From Geosiphon pyriformis uo1 (Eukaryota > Fungi > Glomeromycota), in contig JAAOMT010000352.1 of the NCBI GenBank assembly GCA_016748015.1, forward strand, positions 767,964 to 831,963: a DNA stretch of 64,000 bases, written 5' to 3'. Below are positions 63,455 through 64,000 of the stretch, one piece after another. A model generated the notes under the pieces. That model saw nothing but the letters and a program-made list of their open reading frames with translations. It had not been told where the DNA came from and searched no databases. Numbering within the stretch: the stretch's first letter is position 1; each line of letters begins with the position of its first letter. Position numbers and translations under genes: made by a program.

Positions 63455-63618
63455 GCTTCGTGCCCCTCTAGCGCGAAGAAATGGAATTTTGAATCCGTTT
63501 GATTTTGGGAGCATATATTTGAATTGTGTATGGGTACTTTGCCGTCCTTTAGTACATAGGTAAGTTTTTTAAAAAAATATCATGGGGTTTTCCCTTAAAC
63601 AACTAAATTTACAATTAC

Positions 63619-63669
<51 letters not shown>

Positions 63670-63847
63670 TTTTATTTTTAATTAATCAAGTTCAGTAAAT
63701 GTTCGTGGATTTTTCGAACCAGAATCAATAGAAGAAAGGGTTAGTGGTCCAGATGAAGAAACTCTCACTGCACCCCAAATGACTAGTGCAACAAATTTAT
63801 CATCTACTAGAGGACAACAGGATCTAATGGACACAATTATTACTTAA
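61531..63847 (+). CDS. ERF2: DHHC palmitoyltransferase, ERF2/ZDHHC9-like, 575 aa; exons 61531-62369, 62445-62553, 62625-62847, 62978-63170, 63254-63356, 63456-63559, 63691-63847
   Basis: [78 protein letters not shown], NPFD; exon phases add up to 1728 nt. Confidence 0.93.
63171..63253 (+). other. U12-type (minor spliceosome) AT-AC intron, 83 nt
   Basis: 5' ATATCCTTT, branch TCCCTAAC at 63232-63239, 3' TAC; removal gives in-frame TAPIS-FVLVLVAF. Confidence 0.92.
63408..63668. repeat. Two (TAT)n microsatellites in ERF2 introns 5 and 6 (~63408-63453, ~63616-63668)
   Basis: Seen directly; the first abuts the 3' splice site AG. Confidence 0.9.
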
Positions 63848-64000
63848 TGGCTTTTTTTTTGTATTTTTAGTTTGTATTAAATATTTATAGTAGTATATCA
63901 CAATTTTTTTTTGTAAAAATCTTTTACCCTTAATATTATAGATGATGTGTATTAATTTTTGACACGATTTCAATTTCATAGATATTAGTATATTAGGAAT

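Overview
AT-rich eukaryotic DNA, most likely from a Glomeromycotina-type fungus (inferred from the TE families, short introns and a U12 intron; not a database result). About 59 kb is a nest of decayed retrotransposons separated by >90% AT spacers. It holds five full-length RNase H-bearing LINEs (a-e; ORF1 RRM/CCHC, ORF2 APE-RT-RNaseH-CCHC) and two near-complete Ty3/Gypsy elements (A inside LINE-c, B inside LINE-e). It also holds a family-B LTR inside the 5' LTR of A and the 5' end of a third Gypsy-like element (C). Decay is almost entirely C>T/G>A. The last 4.5 kb has two divergent host genes: an oxidoreductase-like (UPF0651/OXLD1-type) gene with a 15-nt micro-exon, and an ERF2-like DHHC palmitoyltransferase with an AT-AC U12 intron. 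Main discovery candidate: Gypsy A and B share an unusual three-ORF layout: gag-PR-[novel Cys-rich domain]-dUTPase-RT-RH, stop, a stand-alone integrase ORF, then a conserved unknown ORF3 in the env position. Their insertions leave 4-bp TSDs centred on a CpG or its deamination product. The LINEs show a covarying 3' RNA structure, ATGA stop-start coupling and ORF1/ORF2 module shuffling.
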